A DNA stretch of 64,000 nt, taken from the NCBI GenBank assembly GCA_036785375.1, contig JAWMAR010000008.1:6510001-6574000 (forward strand), in the 5' to 3' direction. Shown one piece after another: positions 36,944 through 51,018 of the stretch. Both the position numbers and the translations under genes were made by a program. Below the pieces are notes generated by a model. That model was not told the origin of the DNA. It was given only the letters and a program-made list of their open reading frames with translations, and made no database searches. Position 1 is the stretch's first letter. The number at the start of each line of letters is the position of its first letter. Origin of the DNA: Leucoraja ocellata. Its lineage: Eukaryota.

Positions 36944-38060
36944 TTCAAGAGAGTCAAGAGTCAAGAATGTTTTATTGTCATATGTCAAGGATGGGACAAT
37001 GACATTTTTACTTGCTGCAGCACAACAGAATATGTGAATATGTAAACATAGTACATAACAGGGGAAGAGGAAAAAAAAGAAAAAGTTCAATAAATAACAA
37101 ATATAATGCAATAATAATAAGTCTTTTGTAGTTTAGAGCTCAGAGCTTATTCGTTGTTGTGTTTAATAGCCTGATGGCTCTAGGGAAGCAGCTGTTCCTG
37201 AACCCGGACGTTACAGTTTTCAGGCCCCTGTACCTTCTTCCTGATGGCAATGGTGAGTTGAGTGTGTGGCCAGGATGGTGTGGGTCCTTTATGATTTTGG
37301 CTGCCTTTTTGAGGCAACAACTATGATAGATCCCTTCGACGGTGGGGAGGTCAAATGATGAACTGGTCACTGGTCACAACTTTTTGTAGTCTTTTCTGCT
37401 CCTGGACGTTCAAGTTGCTGAGCCAGGCCATGATGCAACCAGTCAGAATGCTCTCTACCGTCCACCTGTAGAAGTTTAGGAAAATCCTCTTCGACATGCC
37501 GATTCTCCGTAATCTTCTCAGGAAGTGCAGTCGCTGATGTGCTTTTTTTAATAATTGCATCGGTGTGCTGGGTCCAGGAAAGATCTTCGGAAATATGCAT
37601 GCCCAGGAATTTGAAGTTATTGACGCTCTCCACCATCGTCCCATTGATATAAACAGGGTTGTGGGTCCTCATCCTTCTCCTATCAAAGTCCTCAATCAGT
37701 TCCTTGGTCTTACTGATGTTGAGAGCCAGGTTGTTGTGCTGGCACCATTTGGTCAGTCGGTCGATCTCACTTCTATACTCTGACTTGTCCCCATCTGTCC
37801 AACCACAGTGGTGTCTTCGGTGAACTTGATGATGGAGTTTGCATTATGCCCGGCTACCCAGTTATGGGTATAGAGTGAGTAAAGCAGGGGGCTGAGCACG
37901 CAGCCTTGAGGTTACTGAAGATTAAGTGGTTCCTCCAATTCGAACAGACTGTGGTCTGTGGATGAGAAAGTCGAGGATCCAATTGTAGAGGGATGCGCAG
38001 AGGCCCAGTTCCGTGAGCTTGGTAACCAGCTCGGAAGGGATAATGGTATTAAATGCCGAG
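36944..38060 (-). mobile_element. Rex1/Babar-clade LINE fragment
   Basis: ORFs 37367..37672 (VNNFKFLGMHISEDLSWTQH), 37351..37644 (KAHQRLHFLRRLRR) and 37140..37370 (DPHHPGH...LPSGRRYR); (tcttgac)n tail. Confidence 0.9.
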
Positions 38061-40209
38061 TATTCACAAAACACTTCATCGGCCTAATATCCACCTCATC
38101 CAGATTAGCAGCCATTTCACGCCCATAGATCCCCAGTTTACTGCATCTCCGCCCCAGAGCTGGACATCAATCCCCAACCCAAATTCCAGCTTGTTCTGAC
38201 TGACTTACATCTAGATGTCCTAGCACAATTTTATTGTGATTTCAATAATCTAATCGTGCCTTTCATGTCATCGCAATTATATATTCACAAGGATTCTATA
38301 AAATTTCACTGATTTAAATTTGTTGCACAAATTAGATGAATAGTTATGTTTTATAATCTACAGACCAATCTCCAAAGTTGTATTATTGATAATTTATTAT
38401 ATTCTTTTTTATCGTGTTTATTTCTCTTCTTTCTGACTATCTATATTAAAAAAAAAATAAACAATTAGAAGCAGAGTTAATATATAATTGATAAATGAGG
38501 ATGCCTATTACTCTGATAGCTGGAATCCCATCTATTAACAATATGTAATTGATATACTAAATGTGTTTTGATTATGATATGTACATGCTTCTAATAAAAA
38601 TATTATTTTTAAAAAATGTGTTGCACTTGAATGCACTCGTGCCAACTCAAATGACTGTTTTAACAAGTATTAAAAACATACTGACACTAACGCTGGAGTA
38701 ACTCAACAGGTCAGCATGCCTGACCTGCTGAGTTATTCCAGCACTTTGTGCCATTTTTTATAAACCAGCATCTGCAGTTCCTTGTGTCTACAATGCAAAC
38801 TTAAAGCACAGGTTGGAGTGGTGATGGGGTCACAAGTTTCAGGTTCAGATGTGGATAATCCATCTAGGTATTACTGGCTCCAGTAACACTGCAACCCTGA
38901 GGTAAACATCTGCTTTCTGCAGGAGTCTAAGCATCTACTTCAGCCAAGATTTTCAGAATCTGCAATTTTGTAATTTATGTGACAAGATGTAGCTGCGTCA
39001 GACACAATGGTATGAAATATGTGATTGATGCAATAAAGATTTAATTACATTCCTGACATGTCTTGGAGATGGCGGATAGGATTTGATGTTCAGATGAATC
39101 GGGGGGGGGGGGGGGGGGGGAAGGGGGGGAAGGGGAGGGGGGGAAGGGGAGGGAGGGGGGGTGGAACTCATGTCTTGGTCTGATTGGACTGCTTCAGCTC
39201 TGAGGATATGTGAATGCATTTGAACATTGTTCAATCATCAGCAAACATCCCCACCTCTGAACTTGTGATGGAAGGAAGGTCAACAATGGATGAGTTAAAG
39301 ATAGTTGGATCTCGGCACGATGATGAGGAACTCCTGCAGTCATATCCTGCGCTTGGATAACTAACTGCAATCGCCTTTCCCTGTGTAAGGTCTGACTCCA
39401 ACTATTGCAGAATTTCCCCTAGATGCCCATTGACATTGCAACAGTTTCAGTCGGATTCTTAAGGCTATGCTCTGTCAAATGCTGCCTAAACAGCCTAAAG
39501 GGCAGTTACTCTCACCTGCCCACTGAAATTCCACTCTTTTGGGTTCATATTAAGACCAAGTATGAAATTAAATCCAGAGTCAACTGAACTTGACAAAACC
39601 AAAACTGGGCATCAGCAGGCAGGTTATAGGTGAGTAAGTACCACCAGATGGCATTGTCGATGACGTTTCATTACTACACAAATAATTCTGAGTAGATTGA
39701 TTGGGCGGTAATTAGTCTGATAGGGTTTGGCCTGCTCTTTGTGTACAGGACATACCTGTGTAATTTGCCGCAAGGTTCGTCAAGTCAAGTTTATTGTTAT
39801 ATGCATAAGTACAAGTTAGGTAAATACTAGTGTTGTATAATCTATGCACAATATAACAGACCACACAATATGTTAATACACCAATTAAAGATCCACAATG
39901 AAGTGGCCGGAAACATTAGCTGTGCTGAGCTAGGAGCTTAGCCTTCTCTGGCTTCCAAGAGATAAATTAAAGTGAACCTCCTAAACGTTGTTCAACTAAC
40001 TTGATGATAAATGTAAGTTCCACCTAGGATTCAGTTCATTGCAGATGTTTATCGAAGCTACTGCTTAGCTGCAAGGCAAAGCTGTGACAAATCAATCACA
40101 TGGAATGAGGAAGCCTTTCGCAGAGCCACAGACTTAAACATTAAGCGCCTTCTGTCCATCCTACCACTCAAGTCTCTCGTACAGCAAACCTTCCTTAATT
40201 TCTTTATTT

Positions 40210-40340
40210 GCAGGAAGGAACTGCAGATGCTGGTTTAAACCAGAGATAGACACAAAAGCTGGAGTACCTCAGCTGGCCAGGTAGCATCTTTGAAGAGAAG
40301 GAATGGGTGACTTTTTGGATCTGGACCCTTCTTCAGACTT
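40210..40340 (-). mobile_element. Penelope-derived short insert, degenerate hammerhead
   Basis: ggaactgcagatgctggtttaaac...gacccttcttcagact. Confidence 0.78.
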
Positions 40341-42099
40341 CCTTATCATGTATTCCTTATAATTTCCTTGTCCTGAGCAGCAAATATTACAATATTATCA
40401 TTCCAGGAAGGAAGATATAAACGTCTTGATCAGTATGGTTGGCTCATTCGTGACTTGTTGCACGATCCCGATGACCAACCTTATCAATATTAATCTACTG
40501 GAGAATTGATTGACGACATCAGCTTGCACCACCACTAACAGAGATGAGCTTAACAAGTTTTGGCTCCACCTCAGTTCTTGCATTTGAACAGCCAAAGTGG
40601 ATAGTTATAATAAGAAATCCAATGAAAGGGATCCCGATAGGAGATTTTAAAATATGACATGCAAATTAAAATGCAAAGAATTAAAACAAAACATAAAAGT
40701 CACCAAGCCCCATTCAGTTGCTTTTCCACTGGATTCAATCATTCTTTGATATTCATTTTGCTTTACCTCCCTTATCAGACTGGTAATTCACTCATCTTCC
40801 CTTTCCATGCTGATTCCAGGGAATGTCCTCCCCGGTCACTCTTTGATTAACCAGAGTGTTTCTGGCACTGCAGCCCCACTCTCTGGGATTATCTTCTCAT
40901 TATTTTCTCATCTACCGTAAAACCCTTTGAAGAATCTTTTCTTTCATCCAAGTCTTGTGTCGCCACGACTCTCTAGTTCCTTTTCCTTTTGTCTGCTCAC
41001 CGTTCAGCCGTGTTAAGTTACTCAGGTATATTATTCAGTGCCAGGATCTCCATTAAAAGCTGCTGGTGTTCGTTCCTAGCTTATCACAATAATGTTGCGG
41101 GATGTATAGCGGTTGAGCTAATCAGAAACTAAAGGAATGAGCAATAGTTTGTGAAACAGCTTCCGTTACTTCAGAGCTTCAGAAATAAGTCCATGTACTT
41201 TTCACAGTATCACTTGTTCATATATAGTATCATCTGCCATAATCTATTTCTTAAATCAGCTGTTCTTAGCATTTTGTTGTTAAAATTAAATCTTGCATTG
41301 GCCCTAAATTAATGGCCCAGATTGTGGTAAATGATTCCAAAAGGACCTGTCGGTAGGCTTCACACGCCTTGGTGTAAGACGAAAGTCTGATTCAAACTGG
41401 ACGTCTGGTGCAGGTGCATCTTACAGTCTCCTGTGTTGCTGTCGCTGAGCCCATGAGAGCACGGTCTGGGCACAGTATCTGGCCTTTAGCCTCACATCAG
41501 GGTGAGGATTGCCTCCGAATGGTAACCATTCCCGTTTGAAAAAGAATTCCTGTCTTGGCTTACCTCAATTCAATATTTTTTTAATTTGTTACAGTTTCTA
41601 CTACATTATAATATAGTTTTTATTGAAACATGTTTGAATGATTGTAATAGTCTATGACTATAAAAGGCATTTGAAAAATGCCTTTGATAACTTCCAAACC
41701 CAATATTTCTCATCAACGGTTGGCTCTCAGATTCAAAGGCCAGCTTGTCTAGCTCTCCACATCCGCAAACTAAAGGTCGGAGGATGGGAACAGCAGGTGT
41801 TGATCATAAAGGGGCTGGATCCGGGAAAACCTGACTCCATACATCTAATTTAGAGTTATAGTCACACAGCATGGAAACAGACCCTTTGGCCCAACTTGCC
41901 CACACTGACCAACATGTCCCACCTACACTTGTCCCACCTGCCTGCCTGCATTTGGCCCATATCCCTCTAAACCGTCCTATTAATGTACCTGTCTAAATGT
42001 TTCTTAAATGGTGCGATAGTACCTAATACCTACATTAACACAGTACATTAAATTAGTACATTTCCACACTCTTCATTCAAAGTGATCTCACCACCAGCC

Positions 42100-42540
42100 A
42101 AAGTGATCTCACCACCAGCAAATCCGTGGTACACTCATCTTTTCCCACCCAAACCACTCCCTCCCCAGGTACCTTCGCTGCAGATGTAACACTTGCCCCT
42201 ATGCTCCTTCGCATCCATCCAGGAACCCCAGTAGTCCTTCCAGGTACGATTGAGATTCACATGCACCTCCTCTAACCTCAGCTGCTGCATTCGGTGCCCA
42301 CAATGTGCGACCCATCAGCAAGACCAAGCATAGACTAGGCGACCATTTTGCTGAACACGTGCTCAGTCTGCCAAGGACTGCTGGGTCTCCTGATTTGTAA
42401 CCAATTTAAATCCCCCTTCCATTTCCATACTGGCCTTATCATCCTTGATCTCCTCTATTGTCAGAGTGAGTCCATACACAAACTGGGCTGCTTACAACCC
42501 AATGCTATGAGCATTGAATCCTTCATTTTTAGGTAACTAA
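42100..42540 (+). mobile_element. Old Penelope-like GIY-YIG fragment
   Basis: F.C..SNL..CI.C..C ... TKHRLGDHFAEH; preceded by a perfect 21-bp tandem duplication at 42078-42119. Confidence 0.75.
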
Positions 42541-43409
42541 TTTACAAATACTCCTCCTCTCTTTTTTTCCTCACTCTTCCCTGTATCCCACCTGGATGCA
42601 CACCCACTTCTTCAACTCCTGCCACATCTGTATCTGCATTTCCGTGTGTCCTCTAAAATAGTGCTTGTCTTTATGCCTTTAAAGAAATACAAATAGAACA
42701 GGCAGCCACTGTCTAATTTCTAACAAACATTTAAAAAGAAACAAATAAATTGGGGATGCAGCCATTGAAACTGCTGGGTAAATGTAATGTCTTCAGAAAC
42801 CTTGTGGTGCTCAATTCTCTCTTTTGTTAAAATCAAACATCTCTACCTAATCCAATACTTCTTCACGCACTTAAAATAGCAAAATATGTTTTACATCAAA
42901 GCAGGATTGGTTCCAATGGATGACGTCTGGCATGGTTTACTCAAAACATACAAAGGAACTCTAGAAACTAATTATCATTCAATATTGTACAGCTCCCACA
43001 GTGCAATAAAACACATTTGGTCAGTTACGGCATTGTACCACAAGAGCTGATATGCATGGTAAAGGGATACAGAATCTCTTCTAGCTATAGTACTGGCAAG
43101 GCAACAATAAATTCTTTGTTCAAACACAGTAGCTCCTGAGATGGATGGAGGAACTCAAGATCATTTGTTCAAACAAGGACGTTGCCAGTATAAGGCACAT
43201 GTATACACACTTGAAGATTTAATTGATGGAATGCATGCCAATGATTTACAGGTCAAAACAAGCAAGGAAAAACATCAAATCCACAATCAGAAGCTCAATG
43301 AAAGGCTTTGAAACCTCATATCAAATTGAATCAATTAATTCTGGCCAAGAGTATACCTTGCAATAGATTTGGGGCAGAGAGCTAATTTCAAATACAACAA
43401 TTGAGGAAG

Positions 43410-43765
43410 ATTTGCATTTAGTACATTTCTAAGCACTTTCCAACAGCACATGCCTGTAATGTGGGAAATATTATCAAGTAACCAATTTGCACATAATAAG
43501 CTCATACTGACAGGCTCAATGATCAGACCATTTGTTTTAGAAATGTAGATGTGAGGGGATAATATTAGCCAGGATTCTGGTCATAATTCCCCTGAACTTC
43601 TTGGAAAGTGTATAATGGGATCCTTTATGTCCATCCATAATGGTCAAAGGGACTCAGTTTAAATTCCTCGTCCGACAGCTGTCACCTTCAACACTCCCGC
43701 AATGCACTGTGATTCAAATCTCCAGAGTGTGAGTTGAACCCACAAACCTATGACTCGTGATCATA
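43410..43765 (-). mobile_element. Ancient Deu-domain SINE (SacSINE1/AmnSINE1-related), near full length but diverged
   Basis: Reverse strand: gagtca..ggtttgtgggttcaa head, taaaggatcccat...aagaagttcaggggaatt...cctggctaatatt core. Confidence 0.65.
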
Positions 43766-44427
43766 CTACTCGCAGCAGAATCACAGCTTACACTTATGCA
43801 AACCTAGATTGTTTCAAGTCATCACTGAAAGCTCCAAGGATTTATTACAAAATGAAATTAAACTTGACTGCACTACAATTAAATACACCATCATTGATCC
43901 TCATATTCTGAAGAAACAACTAAAGAGAAATATTGATCAGTCATTTACATCAGTTGGGGCTCATTGCTGCCACCCCACCCCCCTTCTCCACCACCTCACT
44001 CTGGTGACTCCAATCCGTTTTGCTAACAGGGAGAGTTATGTAACCTATGCACTATGCCATTTTAACTACTGAAGGTTACGGAATGCTTAAATGTCAGGTG
44101 CACCATTACTGGTAAACAGACAGGCAGGCCATAAAAAGTTATCAACACCTGTCTTACAGGAGGGCCATATCAGCAAACCAGACACTGCCTTGGTCTACTC
44201 ACTCGCCTCAAGTCCCACTCCAGAGACCTGTGTGGAAAACGTAGCTGAACAAACCTTGCAGTACTCAGTAACTGCCACAAAGCCAGAGGTTTAACACGAA
44301 ATTGAGGACCCAGCTAACCCTACAGATGGACATGAGGTTGCATTACAGCAGAAGAGCTCTCCCAATATCCACACCATTAATTACAATTTCATTTCGTACC
44401 ACCTGACTGACATGGTCTCTGCACTAC

Positions 44428-44805
44428 AAGGGGATCTTATTGAAACATATAAGATTATTAAGAGCTTGGACACGCTCGAGGCAGGAAACATGTTCCTGAT
44501 GTTGTGGGAGTCCAGAACCAGGGACCACTGTTTAAAAATAAGGGGTAAGCCATTTAGAATGAAAACGAGGAAACACTTTTTCTCACAGACAGTTGTGAGT
44601 CTGTGGAATTCTCTGCCTCAGAGGGGGTGGAGGCCGGTTCTCTGGATACTTTCAAGAGAGAGAGATAGATAAGGCTCTTAAAGATAGCGGAGTCAGGGGA
44701 TATGGGGAGAATGCAGGAGCGAGGTATTGATTGGGGATGATCAGCTATGATCACATTGAATGGCGGTTCTGGCTCGAATGGCCTACTCCTGCACCTATTG
44801 TCTAT
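44428..44805 (+). mobile_element. Young CR1 3' fragment
   Basis: ORF 44412..44672 (GDLIETYKII...SRTR.H.LKIRG.PFR...RKHFFSQ.VVSLWNSLP); tail cctactcctgcacctattgtcta. Confidence 0.9.
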
Positions 44806-45162
44806 TGCAACAACGACAGCACTCAAAAGGCATTTTGAGGAATCCAAATATTATAAATGATGCAAAATTAATTTAAGGCTAAATGTGCACTCAGAGAACC
44901 AATAGTTCTATAGAGCCCATAAACCTTAATTTCCAGGGGAAATAAAGCCAAATCAACACAGGAGTTGCAGCCATGATGCATCAAAGCAATCCAAAAGCCA
45001 TAGGGCAAATTACTCAAGGGAACAGGGCCGATAGGATAACTGTAGGAAGAAGGCTCAGGAGACATTGATAGTGTGTCTTTCACAATCTCAGGAGATCCCA
45101 AGAGGTTAAACACCAAGGAAGAATTTATTTATCTGGTCACTGTTGTAATACAGGAAACATAC

Positions 45163-45555
45163 CTTGGGCAGGCTAGGACTTTATTTTTTGAAGCACCGGA
45201 GGATGAGGGATGATGAGGTGTATAAGATCAGGATGGAATAGATACGGTAAATACACAGTCTTTTACCCAGGGAAGGGAATCAAGAACCAGGTGACATAGG
45301 TTTAATGCACGAGTCAAAGGAAACTGAGGGGCAACCTTTTCACACAGAAGATGGTGGGTATATGCAATGAGATGCCTGAAGAGGTAGCTAAGGCAGGTAC
45401 TATAATAATATTTAAAAGATATTTGGGTAGGTACAAGGATAGGAAAGGGTTAGAGGGATGTGGACCAAACGCGGGCAGGTGGAACTAGTGTAGTAGGGCA
45501 TCTTGGTCGACATGGGCAAGTTGGGCCGAGGGCCTCTTTACGTGCTGTATGACTG
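45163..45555 (+). mobile_element. CR1 3' fragment inserted in an antisense Deu-domain SINE remnant (~45070-45790)
   Basis: Same family as 11935-12405; flanks resemble 43410-43765. Confidence 0.78.
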
Positions 45556-46386
45556 TCTATGTGAACAACCATCATTTCATGCCCAGATAACCTGACTGTG
45601 GTTGAATAAACGAGGGATAAAGATTGCACCTATTCCCTCCTCTCCTACAAAAAAGGGATGTGAACTGTTTATGTCCAACTAAGAGTGCACATAAGGTGTT
45701 GTTTTAATATTTTATCCAAAACACAGCTGCTTGGAGAATGCAGCACTCCCACAGTACTACACTAAAGCGTTAACGTAGACATTTGGGGGTAAGTAGAGAG
45801 AAATTTGGCTTTTTGGGGAAATCCAGGAGAAAGGGAAAAGTCTAAAGGTTATTGCCAAATCTATCAGTGGCAACATTAACATTCCACACATGGAATTCTT
45901 CTACACGTAGCAAATAATGCTCGGGCTGGGATTGGACCAGGAACATAGGAGTAGAATTAGGCCATTCAGCCCATCAAGTCTACTCCGCCAGTCAATCACA
46001 GCTGATCTATTTTTCCCTCTCAACCCTATTGTCCTGCCTTCTCCCCATAACCTTTAACACTCTTCGAGATTGGGAGATTTTGTTGAGGGATGTGGGAAGA
46101 AGTTGGCTTTGTGGCTTTAGGTCACAGGTCAATCATGATCCTACTGAATGGCAAACCAGGCTCAAAGACTAAATGGCCTCATATTTTTCTGCAGTGAACT
46201 CTGAATTAATAACCTTCATATTCAGAGTGAAGAGTGCTACCAACTAAGCTTTGGATATCAATCAATGTATAATTTTACACACCTATAGCTATTTCAAAGT
46301 TGTAACAGTTTTCAACCGTCATATGTGTGCTAGGCACTCAATTTTGCCATGCTGTAAAATAAGGCTGGTGTTCTGGAGGGACTCAC

Positions 46387-46475
46387 CTTTCGGAGCAAAT
46401 CTGCATGGTTTTGAACCAGTTCAGTGTACTTCTCCTTCAACTTTGTATACCTTTGTTCATTAGCTTGAGCTTTTC
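46387..46475 (-). CDS. HIP1: HIP1 exon (~15), 89 nt: KAQANEQRYTKLKEKYTELVQNHADLLRK
   Basis: ctcccag|GA...AAG|gtgagt; the DLLRKN clathrin-light-chain motif spans the next junction. Confidence 0.96.
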
Positions 46476-47242
46476 CTGGGAGATGAAAAGAAACAAAAAA
46501 CTAAATCATCCCATCTCAAATTTGTCACTGAGGTTAGTATTTTTGAAGCATCAAATTGTTTAAATGTAGTCAACGAAGCATAGTTCTTCACTGGCTGTAG
46601 ACAAAAATCAAGTGGGCAGCAAGGTGTATGGTGCAACCCTGAACTGATCCATTGATCTGACACAGGTGGGTGCGACCAACCATAATTTGCCTTTGTAACA
46701 AAAACGAAACATCGGTCGCCACCAATCGCAATTACTATTTCAGGGCCCCACTGGAAAATGTGCTTGTGTGAACGTTAGGGAAGTTGGAGCACAATATAGT
46801 AGGGAGTTTCCCCACAGAGAAGCAGCCACTAGTTGCACTCTGATGGAAGAGTTACTGCTTTCTGAAGCGGATGTAAACATTTCTGAAAGGGATTCTGTAA
46901 TTCTTTGATAACGTGGAACGCTTTCTCCAAGTTTCAGATCCCAATTAAAAAATGAACTCTGAAGAGATGCGAAAGTGACCAAAGTGATCATCATTGAACC
47001 ACACACAGCATCTTAAAGTGTGAAGAGACACCCAGAAGGTGGGTTCAGAGATCAAATCTGATTATACATACTGGATGAAAACAGTGATCCCTGGTTGACT
47101 GGTTAAGACCATCACTAAATTCAATCAGATTGTATTTTTAACCGTTCATTACATCGACAGAGGCATGGCAGTCAGACAAAATCACCACCATGCATTTGCA
47201 GGAACTAATCTCATCAGGTTGGAATGCGAATTTGGAACTTAC

Positions 47243-47426
47243 GTTCGATTTCTGTGAGGCTCCTCTGGGCTTTCTCCGTGACATCCTGCTTCTTTTTCAC
47301 CTCCTCGAGTTCAGCCTTCACAAACTCATTCTCATCCAAAGCCTGCTGTTTCAGGTGTTGCTGCTCGGCAAGCTCAGCCTCCAACTCATTGATGCGTCCC
47401 CTCAGCTGTAAGATCAGGCGTTTGCT
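47243..47426 (-). CDS. HIP1: HIP1 exon (~14), 184 nt: SKRLILQLRGRINELEAELAEQQHLKQQALDENEFVKAELEEVKKKQDVTEKAQRSLTEIE(R)
   Basis: cttcag|AGC...C|gtaagt; within ORF 47214..47546; coiled coil. Confidence 0.95.
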
Positions 47427-48903
47427 CTGAAGTGAGAGGAGCATAGAGGGATTCAGGACCTCCGGTTTTAACATGTAGAAATCAAACATGCAAAACAAGG
47501 CAGACCCAAAGTAACAGCAGAGAAGCTGTAAGCTGTTGGTTGGCACACACCTGCAAAAAGTCCGAAGATAGGTTATTTTTAAAATTAACAGTGTGCCTTT
47601 GCTGAAATGAGTAACTAATAAATTTAGGTTGAAAAAAGCCTGTAGGTTATAGAAGAAGGGGGCAATAGAGAGACGAGGTAATACTGGAGATTGAGGAGAG
47701 CAAATTGGAATAGAAGAATTAGAATCTGGTAAATAGTAAGTTGGACTGTTTATGGAACACGTTCAAAAGATAAAATAAAGGGAAGAAGCTTCAGAGCGAG
47801 GGAACAAGTGAGCGAGACAGTAATGAGCAAGAGAATAGTATACAAATATATTCACACAAGTCAAAGACAAGATATAAAGGACGGTTCATTTTCATCACTT
47901 CCAGCCTTGTGCTAAAATTAGCTTTGCTTCTTATCACCATCAAACATACCTGATGCGCCTGGAACTACTAGCTAATAATCCCAAGCACAAATATTTCCAT
48001 ATTTGTAGCCAATATTCTCATTCACAACTGTGAAAAGTGGAATATTTGCTCCAAAGAGAGGCAGAGATCCAAGAGCTTCCCCTTCAATGTCTCAGAAAAA
48101 TCCTTGGAGTTACTTGGGACCAACAGATCATCAACAAGGTGTTGGTTAAAAGAACCAACATGGAATTGCAGGCTTCAGTGGCTGGGCTATCTGGAGTGTG
48201 GGAGTCAAGTTCATAAGCCAAAGGGCATGAACTAAGGCCTGCTCAGAACAACTGGCAGCAGACAGAAAGCCTAAAACTCAGACATGAAATTCAACCTTCT
48301 CACCGACATGGTTGAACCGCGCCCACAAAACTTAGTTCGGCGAAGCTGGGTCAAGATCACGGGAGCTATTTTGGAGAGTTACTAATGTATAGCTTGCATA
48401 ACCAATCTGAGCTTGATGGAACTCAACAACATACGTCAGGTTCAGGTAAAGGCCCATCAAAAACCACCAAAGTTACATGTCCTTGGGCAGGTCGAGCTCA
48501 TTATAACTTAGCATGCTAAAGTACAGTACTGTGGTACATGATAGGGCTGCCTACCCACAAACAGCATGAGAGTCTTTGTGGCACAGGAGCTTCTATTCCT
48601 TGACAAACAGATTCCCCTGTTAAGTTTGGTTACCCAACCCAAGCACCGCAACTATCCACGCAAGGTCAGGTATCGAAAAGATTCTCAAGCCCTTGGGCTT
48701 CAACTAACTGTGGCGAGGTCAGTTTCTGGTCAAGTTTTCTGGTCTGGTGTCAGGGGTTACAGGGGGAAGGCAGGGGAATGGGGTTAAGTGGGAAAGATAA
48801 ATCAGCCATGATTGAATGGTGGAGTAGACTTGATGGACTGAATGGTCTAATCCTGCTCCTATCACATGTGCTTTATCCCCGAGTGGACAGTACACAAGGG
48901 AGA

Positions 48904-49066
48904 TAGACACAAAATGTTGGAGTAACTCAACGGGACAGGCAGCATCACTGAAGTCCGACGAGGGGTCTCGACCCGAAACGTCACCCATTCCTTCTCTCCA
49001 GAGTTGCTGCCTGTCCCAATGAGTTACTCCAACATCTTCGGTGTAAACCAGCATCGACAGTTTCTT
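48904..49066 (+). mobile_element. Penelope-derived short insert with inverted 5' segment and perfect 15-bp TSD
   Basis: agtacacaagggaga at 48889-48903 and 49067-49081; hammerhead variant CCGACGA...GAAACGTC at 48955-48982. Confidence 0.85.
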
Positions 49067-50222
49067 AGTACACAAGGGAGACCAGGCCCAGACCCACTGC
49101 TTGACCATCAAACTGACCATCACTGCCCAACACCCCCTACTGACAGTATGATGTGTTTCCTTGTTGAACACATTTTGTTGGACAATTGTTGGACAAAATT
49201 GTTGGACAATTTTCAAACTGGCTTGATTTCAATGCTTAATAGGTCAGTTAAAATGGCAGACAGTCTCAAAACTAATCAAATGCTATTATTTCCACAAAAT
49301 TACTACCCTTTAGGCACAAATGCTCCGTCCAGATGATGACCACATACGAATAAACTAACCCTATAATTATACTGCTGGAAGCTTTCCACAGTCCAAGTCA
49401 CACAGTATGAAAACAGCATTGACCCGAATGACATAATTGCAGCGACAGGCAGTCAAATTATCTGATTATAGTAGTTTCCAGGAACCACAGTCCCTTTATT
49501 CATGGGTTCATTCAGGACTTGAAGGAAAATAATAGCTCCTGACATAGACTTAAGCCAGCTCCTAGTTCACATAAACTTGGAGCACCATGCAATGCTGCTT
49601 GCTTTAGATTGAGCTGGCAATGAGCGGCAGCAGATAGGATGATGGGAACAACATTCTGGCTGCATCAAGCATGGGACCTGTCGGGTAGACAGGAGCAGAG
49701 TTACTGCTGCCAAGATTGCTGGTTATCTATACTCTAGCCAAACAATTTCTTTCAGCCAGGTCCAAGGCAGAGTCGTCCATGGGGAGGCCAACACCCAAGC
49801 TCATCAGCACGTGCAGTACAGGGTTTTTCGCAGTGCAAAAGGTTCACTGTGCTGATAGAGCAGGTTTGAAATCAGGTGAGGCCTGTACACAAGACTCGAT
49901 CGGCAACTTAAAACTAACTTGTTTTCTCACATTCCATTTCTGAAAGGACAATAAATTTGTTTATTTTTCCACACACCTCCCGACCTGCTGAGTCTTTCTA
50001 GCATTTTGTTTTTATGGCAGGCAGGTTGAAAAAGGCCAAAGATTGCAAATGCACACTGGCCATGATCTTAGTGAATGTCATCTGTCACTATCACTGGAAT
50101 CAGTTTTTATGAGAACTTGTGGCATAATTCTAAGTTGGAACTGTTGATCAACAGGTAAATCATTTCGTTTACCCAAATGTATGGTGTAACTATTACACCA
50201 GCAGAGTAAAAAGGCAACTCAC

Positions 50223-50295
50223 CTCTGCTTTAAAACTCGCCAACTCATCCTTCAGAGCTGCAATCTCCTTGTAGAGTTGGTCAATCAACTTATCC
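50223..50295 (-). CDS. HIP1: HIP1 exon (~13), 73 nt: DKLIDQLYKEIAALKDELASFKAE
   Basis: tttccag|G...GAG|gtgagt. Confidence 0.93.
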
Positions 50296-50920
50296 CTGGA
50301 AATAAACAGATTTATGAGAGCGTGTACATAATGAGTACATTTTACTCCTAAAATCTACTATGAGTCAATTGGCAGGAGACAAGTATGGATGTTAGCAGCC
50401 AAGAGAACTAGAATTGCCACAGGATAAATCAAGCTTACTTTATGATTGGACCTTTCTCTTTCTGATACCACCAACTCACAATGGACACACAGCAACATTT
50501 CCCCACTGGAATCTTGCCATTCTTTACTTTTCTGCAGGAGTCACTGTCTGGCAGTGAGGTATTGCAAGCTGTTCTGAACTTTGCCCTCTGAACAAAGATT
50601 ACTTACGCTAATGGCAGCCATCTGCTCAATTTGGATCAACGAACATGTTGCAAACCTTGAATAGAATTTAAAGTTTATTCCCACCTGGAAAGTTTTGGAA
50701 TAGCTCCTTTTTTTTGTCTAAGCCTCATTAGTATGCATCAAAAAAATTAAATATCCAAGGGTCAACTCCAGAATGATTTCTGCCATTTGCCCGTGTATTT
50801 AAAACATGAAGACTCACTCTATGAAGCCCCACAATTACCAACTGGATATCAACTGGAGGTATTCATCACCAATTATCGAACACATTTATTCCAAAATTCA
50901 AGTTAGATCAATACCCTTAC

Positions 50921-51018
50921 CTTTCATCCTTCGACATTCCATTCTGATTATTAAAATTGAATGGGTCAGTGGGGCCAGTACTTCCAAAGAGGTCATCAAA
51001 TTTATTCTCAAATAAATT
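50921..51018 (-). CDS. HIP1: HIP1 exon (~12), 98 nt: NLFENKFDDLFGSTGPTDPFNFNNQNGMSKDE(R) (AP-2 FxDxF and DPF motifs)
   Basis: cttgcag|AAT...AG|gtaagg. Confidence 0.95.

Noticed and set aside
39101-39162. Poly-G/poly-C tracts (also 22067-22090, 56745-56764, ~57739-57760) and the resulting polyproline ORF
   Set aside because: Low-complexity homopolymers of unreliable length; the proline-rich ORF 38998..39234 is an artefact.
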